Origin: Phycisphaerae bacterium
GTDB taxonomy: Bacteria > Planctomycetota > Phycisphaerae > UBA1845
Direction of reading: 5' to 3'
NCBI GenBank assembly: GCA_963666835.2
Contig: CAXXGO010000001.1
Coordinates: 800,001 to 864,000, forward strand
DNA: 64,000 bases
Below are positions 26,900 to 36,990 of the stretch, one piece after another. Within the stretch, counting starts at the first letter, position 1. Every line of letters begins with the position of its first letter. The position numbers were made by a program, and so were the translations under genes. The notes below the pieces were generated by a model. The model had not been told where the DNA came from and made no database searches. It was given only the letters and a program-made list of their open reading frames with translations.

Positions 26900-28588
26900 A
26901 TGAGTGATAGTGGTGTCAAGCAGTTGCATGTGTTGGTTCTGGGGTCCGCGGAAGACGACACTGATTTTGCCCACCAGTTAGACTCTCATGCTCAGGTAAA
27001 ACATGTTGATTCGGTCGATGCGGCGTTGCGCGCCTTGCGCACCGAGCCGTTCGATATGGTAATCTGCCGCGCCGCTGACTTCTCGCGCTTGGGCAGTATG
27101 CGTTCGATCGGCGAGACGGCCGCCATCCTCGACGGGGTTGGTCAGGGGATCGGCATTGTCGGAAGATCCGGTGGTCTCGATTGGGCCAATCCGAAGCTTC
27201 TCAGCTTTCCTGATGAAGTCCGCGAGCAGGTCGGTGCGTTCTGCATGGAGACCTTCAATTGGGCCCAAGCGGAAGTCGAAGCCGGTTCCGTTCATGTGCG
27301 TGGTCGCCGCCTGAGTTTCAACACCGAGAACAACGACTACTTCGAGGTTACCGCCACTCCCGTTATCGACTTGCAGAATCGGATTACGCAGGTCGCCGCG
27401 GTCGTATGGGATGTGACGAACGCCAAACGGCTGCAGGATAAGATCGATGCCATCGATCGCGCCGGGCGTGAGTTACTGAACCTGGATGCCGAGCAATTCT
27501 CGCGGCTGGACGTTCAGGAGCGTCTGTCGTTTCTGGAGCAACGAGTGCTCCGCTGCACTAAAGAGATCCTCTGCTTCGAACACTCCGAGATTCGCCTCCT
27601 CAACCGTAAGACCAATCAGTTGGAACTGGTGCTTGCTTCCGGGATGACCTCGTCCGTGGCCGACGCCGATGTCTATGCCAACGGTGAGGGTAACGGTATC
27701 TGCGGATATGTAGCCGCCCGCGGCCGGAGCTATATCTGTGCCGACGCCCGCAAAGACCCGCGCTTCCGTCCGGTGGTTGATGACGCCCGGTCGTCGTTGA
27801 CGGTGCCGTTAATGCTGCAGGATAAGGTCATCGGGGTTGCCCATTTCGAGAGTGCGGGACTGGCGTCCTTTACGGAGGATGACCGCCAGTTTGCGGAAAT
27901 CTTCGGACGCTACGTCGCTTTGGCGCTGAACGTCCTCGAGTTGGTGAATACGGAACGGTACACGACAACCGGCCGGCTCGGCTCCAATGTCATGGCGGAA
28001 ATAACCGCCCCATTGAACGACATCCTCACCGACGTGGAGATGTTGGTGGAAGACTATATCGGGCACGACGACCTGCGGCATCGGCTGCGGTCGCTTTCGG
28101 AAAACGCAGTCCGCATCCGCGAGACGATTAAGGAACTCACCTCGACCAAGCCGGGCGTAGTCGGAGTACAGCGGGCTGCCCCGATCCACGATGATCCGGT
28201 ACTCAGTGGAAAGCGCATTCTCGTAGCTGAAGACGAAGAGATCATCCGCGAGACGGTCTGTGATGTGCTCGCCGGTTACGGGTGTTTGGTCAGCGCGGCT
28301 GTAGATGGAGCCGTGGCGATCGAGCTGCTGTCCAAGCAGTCTTTCGATCTCGTGCTCAGCGATATCAAAATGCCGACCAAGACCGGCTATGACGTGTTCG
28401 CGGCCGCCAAGGACGCCAACCCGGACACGCCGGTCATTCTGACGACGGGGTTCGGCTACGACCCTAACCACTCGATCGTACGCGCCCGTCGGGAAGGTCT
28501 GGCCGCCGTGTTGTTCAAGCCGTTCAAGGTAGATCAGTTACTCACCGAAATCCGCATGGCTCTCACGAGTGTAGAGCAAGAGCAGTAG
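26900..28588 (+). CDS. Signal transduction protein: degenerate REC, PAS-like, GAF, HisKA-like helix and C-terminal REC
   Basis: GICGYVAARG...D.RKDPRF...SSLTVPL (GAF); ILVAEDE...DLVLSDIKMP...T..G...KPF (REC). Confidence 0.85.
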   Translation: MSDSGVKQLHVLVLGSAEDDTDFAHQLDSHAQVKHVDSVDAALRALRTEPFDMVICRAADFSRLGSMRSIGETAAILDGVGQGIGIVGRSGGLDWANPKLLSFPDEVREQVGAFCMETFNWAQAEVEAGSVHVRGRRLSFNTENNDYFEVTATPVIDLQNRITQVAAVVWDVTNAKRLQDKIDAIDRAGRELLNLDAEQFSRLDVQERLSFLEQRVLRCTKEILCFEHSEIRLLNRKTNQLELVLASGMTSSVADADVYANGEGNGICGYVAARGRSYICADARKDPRFRPVVDDARSSLTVPLMLQDKVIGVAHFESAGLASFTEDDRQFAEIFGRYVALALNVLELVNTERYTTTGRLGSNVMAEITAPLNDILTDVEMLVEDYIGHDDLRHRLRSLSENAVRIRETIKELTSTKPGVVGVQRAAPIHDDPVLSGKRILVAEDEEIIRETVCDVLAGYGCLVSAAVDGAVAIELLSKQSFDLVLSDIKMPTKTGYDVFAAAKDANPDTPVILTTGFGYDPNHSIVRARREGLAAVLFKPFKVDQLLTEIRMALTSVEQEQ

Positions 28589-28944
28589 CCGTCTTCGATT
28601 CGGCTTTTTCATCGTCTTCCGGCAAGCCGTTTGCGTATCGCTCGTTCTGTCACATTGATGTAACGGGATCCCGATCGGTAAACGTCGAGTGCCCAACGCC
28701 TGTCCACCCGATCTGCCGACGCTCCGTCCTTACAAACGCCTGTTAAAATGCGGAATTCGCGCCGTGCGCCGCCCCGAATGCAATGCCGATGGGATGCCCG
28801 TCGGGCTCACGTAAGGGGCGGGCCACGCCGGCTCCGGCACATTTTTGACAGGCGGGCGGCCTTGCTTGCGTCTGTTCCCCCACACGGATAAGTTTTTGCT
28901 TCCCTAGGATGCTGACTGAACGAAGTCGTTGGAGCCAAAGCGCG

Positions 28945-29943
28945 ATGTCCACAACCGAAATCGACGTTAAACAGATAGGCCAGCAGGTGGCCGAGAAGAG
29001 CGAGCCCTTTCGTCGACTACTCGAACAGATGCACCGGGTTGTTGTTGGGCAAGACGAGTTACTAAACCGCATGTTCGTGGGACTGCTGTCGAACGGGCAT
29101 ATCCTGGTGGAAGGCGTACCCGGCTTGGCTAAGACCACGGCCGTCGCCTGCCTGGCGCGCGGCATCAAGACGAAATTCCAGCGCCTCCAGTTTACCCCGG
29201 ACCTGCTCCCGGCTGATCTTATCGGGACCCTGGTCTACCGGCCCAACGACGGGACCTTTGCGGTGCAGAAAGGGCCGATCTTCGCCAACATAATCCTTGC
29301 CGACGAGATCAACCGCGCCCCGGCCAAGGTACAGTCGGCGTTGTTAGAGGCGATGCAGGAACGGCAGGTCACGATCGGGAAGGAGACCTTCCCTCTGGAT
29401 CAGCCCTTCCTGGTCATGGCCACCCAGAATCCGATCGAGCAAGAGGGGACCTACCCGCTGCCCGAGGCCCAGGTCGACCGGTTTATGCTGAAACTGGTCG
29501 TCACCTATCCCACGAGAGATGAGGAGCGGGCGATTCTGGATCGGATGGCTGCGACTGCTCCGGAGATCGAGGTCGATTCCGTCATGGCTCCGGAGGAGAT
29601 CCTGGCCGCGCGCCGCATTGTGGACGAGATCTACATCGACGAGAAGATCAAGGACTATATTGTCAGCCTGACGCTCGCGACGCGGGATCCGGGGTCGTTC
29701 AATCTGCCGATTGCCGACTGGGTTCAATACGGGGCCTCGCCGCGGGCGACGTTGGCGATGACGGTCGGCGCCAAAGCCACCGCGTTCTTGGCGGGCCGCG
29801 GGTTTGTCACCCCGCAGGACGTCAAGACAATCGCCATGGACGTACTGCGACATCGGGTCATCATTACTTACGAAGCGGAAGCGGAAGAGAAGACCGCCGA
29901 GGACGTGGTCCAGGCGGTCTTGGACCATGTGCCCGTACCCTGA
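28945..29943 (+). CDS. moxR: MoxR family AAA+ ATPase
   Basis: EGVPGLAKT, RLQFTPDLLPAD, DEINRAPAKVQSALLEAMQE, ATQNPIEQEGTYPLPEAQVDRF, GASPRA. Confidence 0.95.
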   Translation: MSTTEIDVKQIGQQVAEKSEPFRRLLEQMHRVVVGQDELLNRMFVGLLSNGHILVEGVPGLAKTTAVACLARGIKTKFQRLQFTPDLLPADLIGTLVYRPNDGTFAVQKGPIFANIILADEINRAPAKVQSALLEAMQERQVTIGKETFPLDQPFLVMATQNPIEQEGTYPLPEAQVDRFMLKLVVTYPTRDEERAILDRMAATAPEIEVDSVMAPEEILAARRIVDEIYIDEKIKDYIVSLTLATRDPGSFNLPIADWVQYGASPRATLAMTVGAKATAFLAGRGFVTPQDVKTIAMDVLRHRVIITYEAEAEEKTAEDVVQAVLDHVPVP

Positions 29944-29963
29944 CGTGTCTTATACGTGAAGCC

Positions 29964-30839
29964 ATGATCCCGAAAGAACTGCTCAAGAAAGTACGCCAGA
30001 TTCAGATTCGCACGTCGCGGACGGTAAACGACGTCCTAGCCGGGCGGTATCATTCTGCGTTTCGCGGCCGGGGCATGGAGTTCGAAGAGGTATGCCCTTA
30101 TCAGATCGGCGACGACGTGCGCCTGATCGACTGGAATGTGTCGGCGCGATACGGCGAGCCGTACATCAAGAAGTTCCGCGAGGAACGTGAGCTGACCGTC
30201 ATGCTGGTCGTCGATGCGAGCCCGTCGGGGCTGTTCGGCAGTGCTCGGCAGTTCAAGCTCGACCTAGCCACCGAGCTGTGCGCGGTCTTGGCGTTTTCGG
30301 CGATCCGCAGTAACGACAAGGTGGGCCTGATCCTCTTTTCGGATGATGTGGAGCAATACGTGCCGGCCAAGAAGGGCACGCGGCACGTTTTGCGCATTAT
30401 TCGCGAGCTGCTCTATCACGAGCCCCGCGGTCGAGGGACGGACATCGCCCAGGCACTGAACTTCCTGAATCGGGTGACCGTGCGCAAGTCCGTGTGCTTT
30501 CTGGTCAGCGATTTTCTGGCGGCTGATTACGAGCCGGCCTTACGAATCGCGCGGCGCCGGCACGATCTGATTCCGATTGTGGTAACCGATCCGCGCGAGC
30601 TCGAATTGCCGAAGGTCGGGTTGATCGAGCTTGAAGATCCGGAAACCGGCGAGCGGATGGTAGTAGATACCGCCAGCCGTTCCGTTCGTCGACGTTATGC
30701 CGCGAATGCTCGGCAACGATCCGCGGAACGTGAGACGATGTTCCGGCGGATGGACACGGCGACTATCGACATCCAAACGGACCAGCCATACGTCGATCAG
30801 TTGGTGCGCTTCTTCCGCCAGCGGGAGAGACGGCGCTAA
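29964..30839 (+). CDS. DUF58 family protein (MoxR-associated)
   Basis: GRGMEFEEV..YQ.GDDVR.IDWNVSAR, FREEREL, LVSDFL. Confidence 0.93.
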   Translation: MIPKELLKKVRQIQIRTSRTVNDVLAGRYHSAFRGRGMEFEEVCPYQIGDDVRLIDWNVSARYGEPYIKKFREERELTVMLVVDASPSGLFGSARQFKLDLATELCAVLAFSAIRSNDKVGLILFSDDVEQYVPAKKGTRHVLRIIRELLYHEPRGRGTDIAQALNFLNRVTVRKSVCFLVSDFLAADYEPALRIARRRHDLIPIVVTDPRELELPKVGLIELEDPETGERMVVDTASRSVRRRYAANARQRSAERETMFRRMDTATIDIQTDQPYVDQLVRFFRQRERRR

Positions 30840-30897
30840 AGCGGTGCGAACTGAAAGGGGGCGAGAAACGTAGTCTGGGAGGAGCGTTTCTAAACGG

Positions 30898-31992
30898 ATG
30901 GTGAAGACGTTAGTGACATCGTGGTGGCGGGGCGGCTGGCTGCTGGCCTTGTCGGTAATGGTGTTTAGCGGGTGCGGCACCAACGGCGCCCGCGACGACT
31001 CGCAGGAAGCTTCGGGAATCGAGCGCACCGCGCAGCGCGGGCCGGTGTCGATGACCCTTAGCGCCACTCCCGAAGAGATCGGTCTGGCCGAGACCGCGAC
31101 TCTCCGTGTGGAGATAGTCGCGGACCACAGCGCTACGGTTACGCCGCACTCCTACGAACGCGCCCTCGGAGAAGATGAGCATAAGTTCGATTACCGTATC
31201 ATTCGCAGCCGCCAGGAGCAGGCCGTTCCCACGAAGGACGGGAAACTGCGCTGGATATACGAGTACGAGCTGGAGTTCGTACTGGCCGGGGACTACGAAC
31301 TACCCGGGGCGAGCTTGTCGTTCGTGGCCGAGCAAAAGGAGGATCAGTCGGCCGGGGAAGCGACCATGCCGCCGGAGATGGAGACCGTTGAGACCGATTC
31401 GATACCGATTATCGTGCACGAACCGGCCGAGCCCCCCGTTGCCCCGGAAGAGCTGAACACGATTACCGCGCTTGACCCGGTGGAGTTGCCCAAGGAATGG
31501 GGACCCTGGTGGTGGATCGGGCCGCCGCTGGCGCTCGCATTGGTCTTGCTGATTATTGTGGCGATCATCCGACGGGTTAGAAGGCCGGAGGTCGTCGTGC
31601 CGATTCCGGCGCACGAATGGGCCCAGCGGCAACTTGCGGCGCTGGTCTCTGAGAACCTGCTGAGCCGCGGTTTTGTGAAGGAGTTCTACTATCGGGTCAG
31701 TGACGTGGTCCGCGGATATGTCGAGCGCCGTTTCGACGTCTCGGCTCCCGAAATGACTACCGAGGAGTTCCTTGCGGATATTGCTACTGACCGGCGCTTC
31801 GGTGCGGGGATGGCCGAGGAGCTCACCCGGTTTCTGGCCGCGTGCGACTGGGTCAAATATGCCGGATTCCGTCCGGCAACCACCGAAGCCGAGACCCTGA
31901 TCGCAACGGCCGGCAGCTTTGTCGAGCGGACCCGGGCGAACGGCGACGGTGCCGGGCAGTCGAATACTCGAACGGGAGGGCCGGTGACATGA
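30898..31992 (+). CDS. Bat-operon accessory protein (BatD/DUF4381-like) with possible lipobox and one TM helix
   Basis: Position between DUF58 and batA; VMVFSGC; C-terminal VRGYVERRF...APEMTT.EF...D.VKYA. Confidence 0.75.
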   Translation: MVKTLVTSWWRGGWLLALSVMVFSGCGTNGARDDSQEASGIERTAQRGPVSMTLSATPEEIGLAETATLRVEIVADHSATVTPHSYERALGEDEHKFDYRIIRSRQEQAVPTKDGKLRWIYEYELEFVLAGDYELPGASLSFVAEQKEDQSAGEATMPPEMETVETDSIPIIVHEPAEPPVAPEELNTITALDPVELPKEWGPWWWIGPPLALALVLLIIVAIIRRVRRPEVVVPIPAHEWAQRQLAALVSENLLSRGFVKEFYYRVSDVVRGYVERRFDVSAPEMTTEEFLADIATDRRFGAGMAEELTRFLAACDWVKYAGFRPATTEAETLIATAGSFVERTRANGDGAGQSNTRTGGPVT

Positions 31993-33095
31993 TGGAGTAC
32001 CTCTCCGAACGGTTTGCCCCCGGCCCGCTCTTTGCCTGGGCTTGTGTCGTATTTCTGGCACTTATCCCGCTGATCTGGATCCGGGCTCGCCGGCGCCAGG
32101 GGCGTCCGACGGTTCGCTTCAGCTCAATCTCGCTTCTGCGTGGCGTTGGGCGGACGTGGGCCACACGCTCGGGGTTCGTTCTTCCCTTGTTGCGGATGGT
32201 GGCGGTCATTGCCTTGATCGTGGCCATGGCACGCCCGCAATCTGGTGGCGAGTACCACGACACCAGCGAGGGCATCGCCATTCAAATGGTGTTGGATGTC
32301 TCGGGCAGCATGGCCGCGGATGATTTTGAGATCTCAGGCCATCGAGTCCGCCGTCTGGACGCGGTTAAGAAGGTCTTTGAGGAGTTTGTTCTGGGAAAGG
32401 GGGCGCTGCGCGGGCGCGACGGCGATCTGATCGGGATGACCACGTTCGCCATGTATGCCGACACTCCGTGTCCGCTCACTCCGGACCACGGCAGCCTGAT
32501 CGACCTGCTCCGCGCGACGGAAATCCCCGGGTGCGTCGAGGGACGCCAGGTCTACGAGGATGAGGAGGCCAGCTACACCGCGCTGGGCGATGCCATCGCG
32601 CTGGCGACGGATGATCTGCGCAGGGCCGGAGAGCAGGCGGTCGTCGGGGTCCCCGGCGCCGAGGCAGCCAAGAGCAGAGTGATGATCCTGCTGACGGACG
32701 GCGCGGATAACCCGGCGGAATTCGCCAAGCGAACTTCACCTTCTCCGCTCGAGGCGGCCAAGGTCGCCGCGACGCTTGGGATCAAGACGTATACCATCGG
32801 GGCGATCGGCTCGCTGTCGGGCCGCCGCCGCTCGCTGTTCGCGCCGAGCTACGAGGTCGATGAACCAACTCTCAAGGAAATCGCCCGGATCACCGGCGGC
32901 AAATACTTCCGGGCAACCGACATGGAATCGCTCGTGACGATCTACGACGAGATCGACAAGCTGGAACGCCGGGTAACGGGAGAGCGGACCTATCGCGATA
33001 ACGTCTACGCCGCTAAGGTGGCGATGTTGACCGCCCTGGCGGCCTTGATGCTGGAACTGTTGCTGGTCAACACGCGATATCGGAGGGTGCCATGA
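31989..33095 (+). CDS. batA: VWA domain protein BatA
   Basis: AMARPQ, DVSGSM, TALGDAI, ILLTDG, LKEIARITGGKYFRATD...IYDEIDKLE. Confidence 0.85.
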   Translation: MMEYLSERFAPGPLFAWACVVFLALIPLIWIRARRRQGRPTVRFSSISLLRGVGRTWATRSGFVLPLLRMVAVIALIVAMARPQSGGEYHDTSEGIAIQMVLDVSGSMAADDFEISGHRVRRLDAVKKVFEEFVLGKGALRGRDGDLIGMTTFAMYADTPCPLTPDHGSLIDLLRATEIPGCVEGRQVYEDEEASYTALGDAIALATDDLRRAGEQAVVGVPGAEAAKSRVMILLTDGADNPAEFAKRTSPSPLEAAKVAATLGIKTYTIGAIGSLSGRRRSLFAPSYEVDEPTLKEIARITGGKYFRATDMESLVTIYDEIDKLERRVTGERTYRDNVYAAKVAMLTALAALMLELLLVNTRYRRVP

Positions 33096-34252
33096 CGCAG
33101 CGAACCCTCTACCCAATACGGCTCTGGGTCGTCTGGGCGTTGGTAATCCCGCTGGCTTTGACGGCGCTGGGGGGCGTGCTGGTGGCGGTCACCGATGTCG
33201 GAGATCTTCCCCTCGACAATGCTCATCTCTGGTGGCTGGGGGCGGCTGTTCCCGGGGCGGGGCTATTCGTGCTGTACGGCGTCGTCCGCCGCCGCCGGGC
33301 GATCACCCGTTTTACTTCGGCCGAGTTGGCACCGTTGTTGGCCGCACGGTTGAGCCCCGGCCGGCAGGCCTTCAGGGCTGGATTGCTCGTGCTGGCGCTG
33401 GTGAGTATCGTCGCGGCAATCCTCGGCCCGCGGTGGGGGATCTATCTCGAAAAGCAGAAGGTTCGCGGGGTGGATGTGGTGGTGGCCGTCGACGTTTCGC
33501 GGTCGATGCTTGCCCGCGATCTGGAGCCCAACCGGCTCGCGCGCGCCAAGGAGGTCATCCGACAAGAGCTGACCGAACGCGAGGTCTTCCAACGCGCCCA
33601 TCGGCTCGGCCTGATCGCGTTTGCCGGAACGACTTCGCTCCGTTTGCCGCTGACCACCGACCATTTGGCTTTCAGGTCGAAGCTGGAGGCGCTCGATATC
33701 GGCAGTGCTCCGCGCGGGGGCACCGCCATCGGTCGCACGATCCGGCGGGCTACCGAGTTGTTCGCTCGATCTCCGGAAGACGCTACGAAGGTATTACTCC
33801 TTTTCACCGACGGCGAGGATCACGAGGGTGATCCGATTGCCGAGGCGGTTACGGCTTATGAAGAGCACGGGGTCCGGGTCTTTCCGATCGGCGTGGGCGA
33901 TCCCAGCCGGACGGTCGGCGCCCAGGTGCCCGCCTCTGCCGACGGCAAGCCGCTACTGTATGAAGGCGAGATCGTTTTCTCTAAACTGGACATCTCCGGA
34001 TTGCAGAAGATCGCCGATGCCGGCCACGGCAGGTATGCTCCGCTGATGAATCTCCACTCCCTGGTGGACGCAATCTCGGACCTGCGGAGCGCGGAGCTTT
34101 CCACTGAGCAACGGCAGCGCCATCGCCCGCAGTATCAGTGGTTTGTGGCGCTGGCGTTATTCCTGCTGGGGCTTGAGACTCTGATTGCCCCGCGTTCCCG
34201 GGCGCCGGTGGCCCTGCCGAAGAGGACGTGGACGACGGAGACGACAGAATGA
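33092..34252 (+). CDS. batB: VWA domain protein BatB
   Basis: GPRWG, DVSRSMLARDLEPNRL, PLTTDH, FTDGEDH, RPQYQWF. Confidence 0.85.
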   Translation: MTQRTLYPIRLWVVWALVIPLALTALGGVLVAVTDVGDLPLDNAHLWWLGAAVPGAGLFVLYGVVRRRRAITRFTSAELAPLLAARLSPGRQAFRAGLLVLALVSIVAAILGPRWGIYLEKQKVRGVDVVVAVDVSRSMLARDLEPNRLARAKEVIRQELTEREVFQRAHRLGLIAFAGTTSLRLPLTTDHLAFRSKLEALDIGSAPRGGTAIGRTIRRATELFARSPEDATKVLLLFTDGEDHEGDPIAEAVTAYEEHGVRVFPIGVGDPSRTVGAQVPASADGKPLLYEGEIVFSKLDISGLQKIADAGHGRYAPLMNLHSLVDAISDLRSAELSTEQRQRHRPQYQWFVALALFLLGLETLIAPRSRAPVALPKRTWTTETTE

Positions 34253-35202
34253 GCAGCAGATCACTCTTCTTCACAGCGGGGTTATGTCTGGTCGCAGAGG
34301 GATTCTGTTCTTCGCTTTGTGCGGAAGAGATCGTCGTTCCGGAGGAGACTTCCGCCGTTGCCGAGCCGGACCGCTCTTTCGAGGGTATGACGGCTCCGGA
34401 TGCCGTGCGGGAGGGGAATCGGTTGCTCTTGGACGGAAACGCGCCCATCGCGCTTAAGGCCTACGCACAGGCGAAGGACCTGAGGCCGGACGCCCCCGAA
34501 GTCCCCTTCGTCGAGGGGCTGGCGCATTACGCTCTTGGGGATTACGAGTCGGCCCGGACGGCGTTTCAGCGGGCGGCCGCCTCGGACGATGATCGCCTGG
34601 CCGGTGATGCACTGTACAGTATCGGAACGACATATCACGCGGAAGCTCTGGAGAGTTCTCAGGATCCGCAGGTTGCCATCGAGAAGCTCGAGAATGCGAT
34701 GCAGAGATATCGCGAGGTGCTCGCCGACCGGCCGGACCACGCGGTAGCCCGAGACGCCAACTACAAGGCGGCCACGTTGCGCCGGCAGATCAAGCAGATG
34801 CTCGAACAGCAGCAACAACAGCAGCAGCAAGACGGCGAGTGCGATAACGAGAAAGAGGGCGAGGACCAACAAGAGCAGCAGAACTCGAGCGAATCCCAGC
34901 AAGAGGAAAACGAGCAAGACCAGCAACAGCAGAACTCCAGCGAATCGCAAGAGGATCAGCAGCAGCAACAGCAATCACAGGACGGTGATTCGGAGCAGCA
35001 AGCCCAATCCAGCGATTCCGAAGAGGACCAGGAGCAACAGCAGGCCCAGCCGGAGTCCGGGGAAGAGGAGGAAGAACGCGTTTCCCGCGAGCAGGCGGAG
35101 CGTCAGCTCCGAGAGATGATGCAGGCCCTGCGCGAGCGCCAGAAGGAGCGCCGACCACGGAAACAGCCTGCCAAGATCGCACCGGTGGAGAAAGACTGGT
35201 AA
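34249..35202 (+). CDS. batC: TPR protein BatC with a Gln/Glu-rich linker
   Basis: TPR helices, Q/E low-complexity tract and C-terminal VEKDW. Confidence 0.8.
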   Translation: MSSRSLFFTAGLCLVAEGFCSSLCAEEIVVPEETSAVAEPDRSFEGMTAPDAVREGNRLLLDGNAPIALKAYAQAKDLRPDAPEVPFVEGLAHYALGDYESARTAFQRAAASDDDRLAGDALYSIGTTYHAEALESSQDPQVAIEKLENAMQRYREVLADRPDHAVARDANYKAATLRRQIKQMLEQQQQQQQQDGECDNEKEGEDQQEQQNSSESQQEENEQDQQQQNSSESQEDQQQQQQSQDGDSEQQAQSSDSEEDQEQQQAQPESGEEEEERVSREQAERQLREMMQALRERQKERRPRKQPAKIAPVEKDW

Positions 35203-36990
35203 ATGGAACGTATGGCACCCATCCTGATCATGTTCTTGCTGTCTCCGGCAGCCTCGGCGCAGAATCCGGGCGTGGAGCTGCAAATCGAAGCAAGAACCCT
35301 GGAGCCGGGTGAAGCGATTGGCGCGCAATTGGTGTGTACGAACATCGGTGAGCCGGACACCCCTCAGGCGGGTACCCCCGATGGCCTCGAACTGCACTTG
35401 CTCCAGGCCGCTCCGACGGTGTTCACGCAATCGTCCTGGATCAACGGGCGTTCCTCGAAGACGTCAACGTACACGTATCACCTACAGCTTGTCGCGAAGA
35501 AGGAAGGACGTTATTCGCTCGGACCCATCTCCGTTTCCGCTGGCGGGCAGACTTATGAAACCGAGCCGATTACCATCACCGTTCGCAAGTCCGCCGCTTC
35601 GTCTAAGCCGCGTGGAGATCAATACGTCTTCGCCCAACTCGAAGTCAAGCCGACCTCGGTCTACGTTACCGAGTCGTTCCAGGCCACGTTGGAGATCGGC
35701 ATCCGCAAGGTCATCCACAACGGGCGGCGTGTAGACATGAACCTGCTCGAGATCATCGACGCGCGACGATCGCAACTGTCGGTCTTCAGGAACAGCAGGT
35801 TTAACTCGAGTTCCAGGCAGCTTACCGACTCGGCCGGCAAGCGACACGACTACATGATCTACCGGGCCACGGAGAACGTGCGGGTGGAGGAAGCGGGCGA
35901 TCAGGTCGTCGGTCCCATCTTCGTGAAGGCCGACTACCCGACGGCCTTCCGGCGGAGCTTCTTCTCCAACACGGTCTCCCAGAGTCGGCGAGAGACTGCG
36001 CGGGCTGACGCCGTGACCGTTACGGTGAAGACTCCACCGGAAGACGGTCGTCCGGACGACTTTACCGGTGCGATCGGCACCTACTCACTGAATGTGTCCG
36101 TTAAACCCGATCGTGTCGAAAAGGGCCGACCGGTTACCCTGACCGTGGCCATCAAAGGCGCGCCGCTCGACGGAATCGCCGGTCCCGCCCTGAATTCTCA
36201 CGCCGAGCTGGCCAGCCGTTTCGACTATGCCAAGGACGAGCTTCTCGGCGATATGGAGAACGGTGCAAAGGTCTTTCGGCGGGCGATCTTCCCTAAGCAG
36301 GAGGGCGAGCAGGTTATCCCGCCGATTACCTGGTCTTTCTTTGATGCCAAGCGAGAGCAGTACATCACTCTCGCCAGCGCGCCGATTCCGCTTAGCGTCG
36401 ATCCGTCGTCCGCCGAACCGACCGCGATAACTCTGGTCGACCGAGCCGCGCCCCAGGTGAACGGTACGGCGCTCACCGTCTTGAGGGGGGGAATCTCGGC
36501 GAACTACAACGACCCTGCCGTGCTTCTGGCCGACCAGTCTTTCTCGTTGACCCGCGCGTGGGTGGCGCTTATGGCGCTTCCGCCGCTGGCTTGGATGATC
36601 ATCGCGCTGGCCGCGCGGCATCGAGCCCGGCTGCGGGCCGACGCGGGGTACGCTCGCCGCCGCCGTGCGGGGCGAGTCGTTGCCAAGCGGGTTGCCCAGG
36701 CGACGCGCTGCGATGATGCCGGCGGTGTGCTGGAGGTCTTGTCCAAAGCCCTCTCCGACTACCTGGCCGACTGCTTCAATCTGCCGCCGGGCGAGATGAC
36801 TCCCGACGAAGCTCGGGGTTTGTTGATTGATCACGGTGCCGCCGAGGCCCTGGCCGCGGAAGTCGCGGAGTTCCTCGATACGTGTGCCGGTGTGCGTTAT
36901 GCTCCGAGCCGGGCACGGGAGGTGTCGGCGCGCGAAGCTGCCGCGAAGGTGCGAGGTTGGATCAGGAGGATTGAGCGAGTCTCCCGATGA
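35203..36990 (+). CDS. batD: BatD family protein
   Basis: SSWING, P.DFTGAIG.Y, IPPITWSFFD....Y and a late TM helix. Confidence 0.82.
   Translation: MERMAPILIMFLLSPAASAQNPGVELQIEARTLEPGEAIGAQLVCTNIGEPDTPQAGTPDGLELHLLQAAPTVFTQSSWINGRSSKTSTYTYHLQLVAKKEGRYSLGPISVSAGGQTYETEPITITVRKSAASSKPRGDQYVFAQLEVKPTSVYVTESFQATLEIGIRKVIHNGRRVDMNLLEIIDARRSQLSVFRNSRFNSSSRQLTDSAGKRHDYMIYRATENVRVEEAGDQVVGPIFVKADYPTAFRRSFFSNTVSQSRRETARADAVTVTVKTPPEDGRPDDFTGAIGTYSLNVSVKPDRVEKGRPVTLTVAIKGAPLDGIAGPALNSHAELASRFDYAKDELLGDMENGAKVFRRAIFPKQEGEQVIPPITWSFFDAKREQYITLASAPIPLSVDPSSAEPTAITLVDRAAPQVNGTALTVLRGGISANYNDPAVLLADQSFSLTRAWVALMALPPLAWMIIALAARHRARLRADAGYARRRRAGRVVAKRVAQATRCDDAGGVLEVLSKALSDYLADCFNLPPGEMTPDEARGLLIDHGAAEALAAEVAEFLDTCAGVRYAPSRAREVSAREAAAKVRGWIRRIERVSR

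Noticed and set aside
34800..35080. CAG-rich low-complexity tract and its Leu-rich antisense ORF (34282-34974)
   Set aside because: Ordinary Gln/Glu linker of BatC-type proteins.
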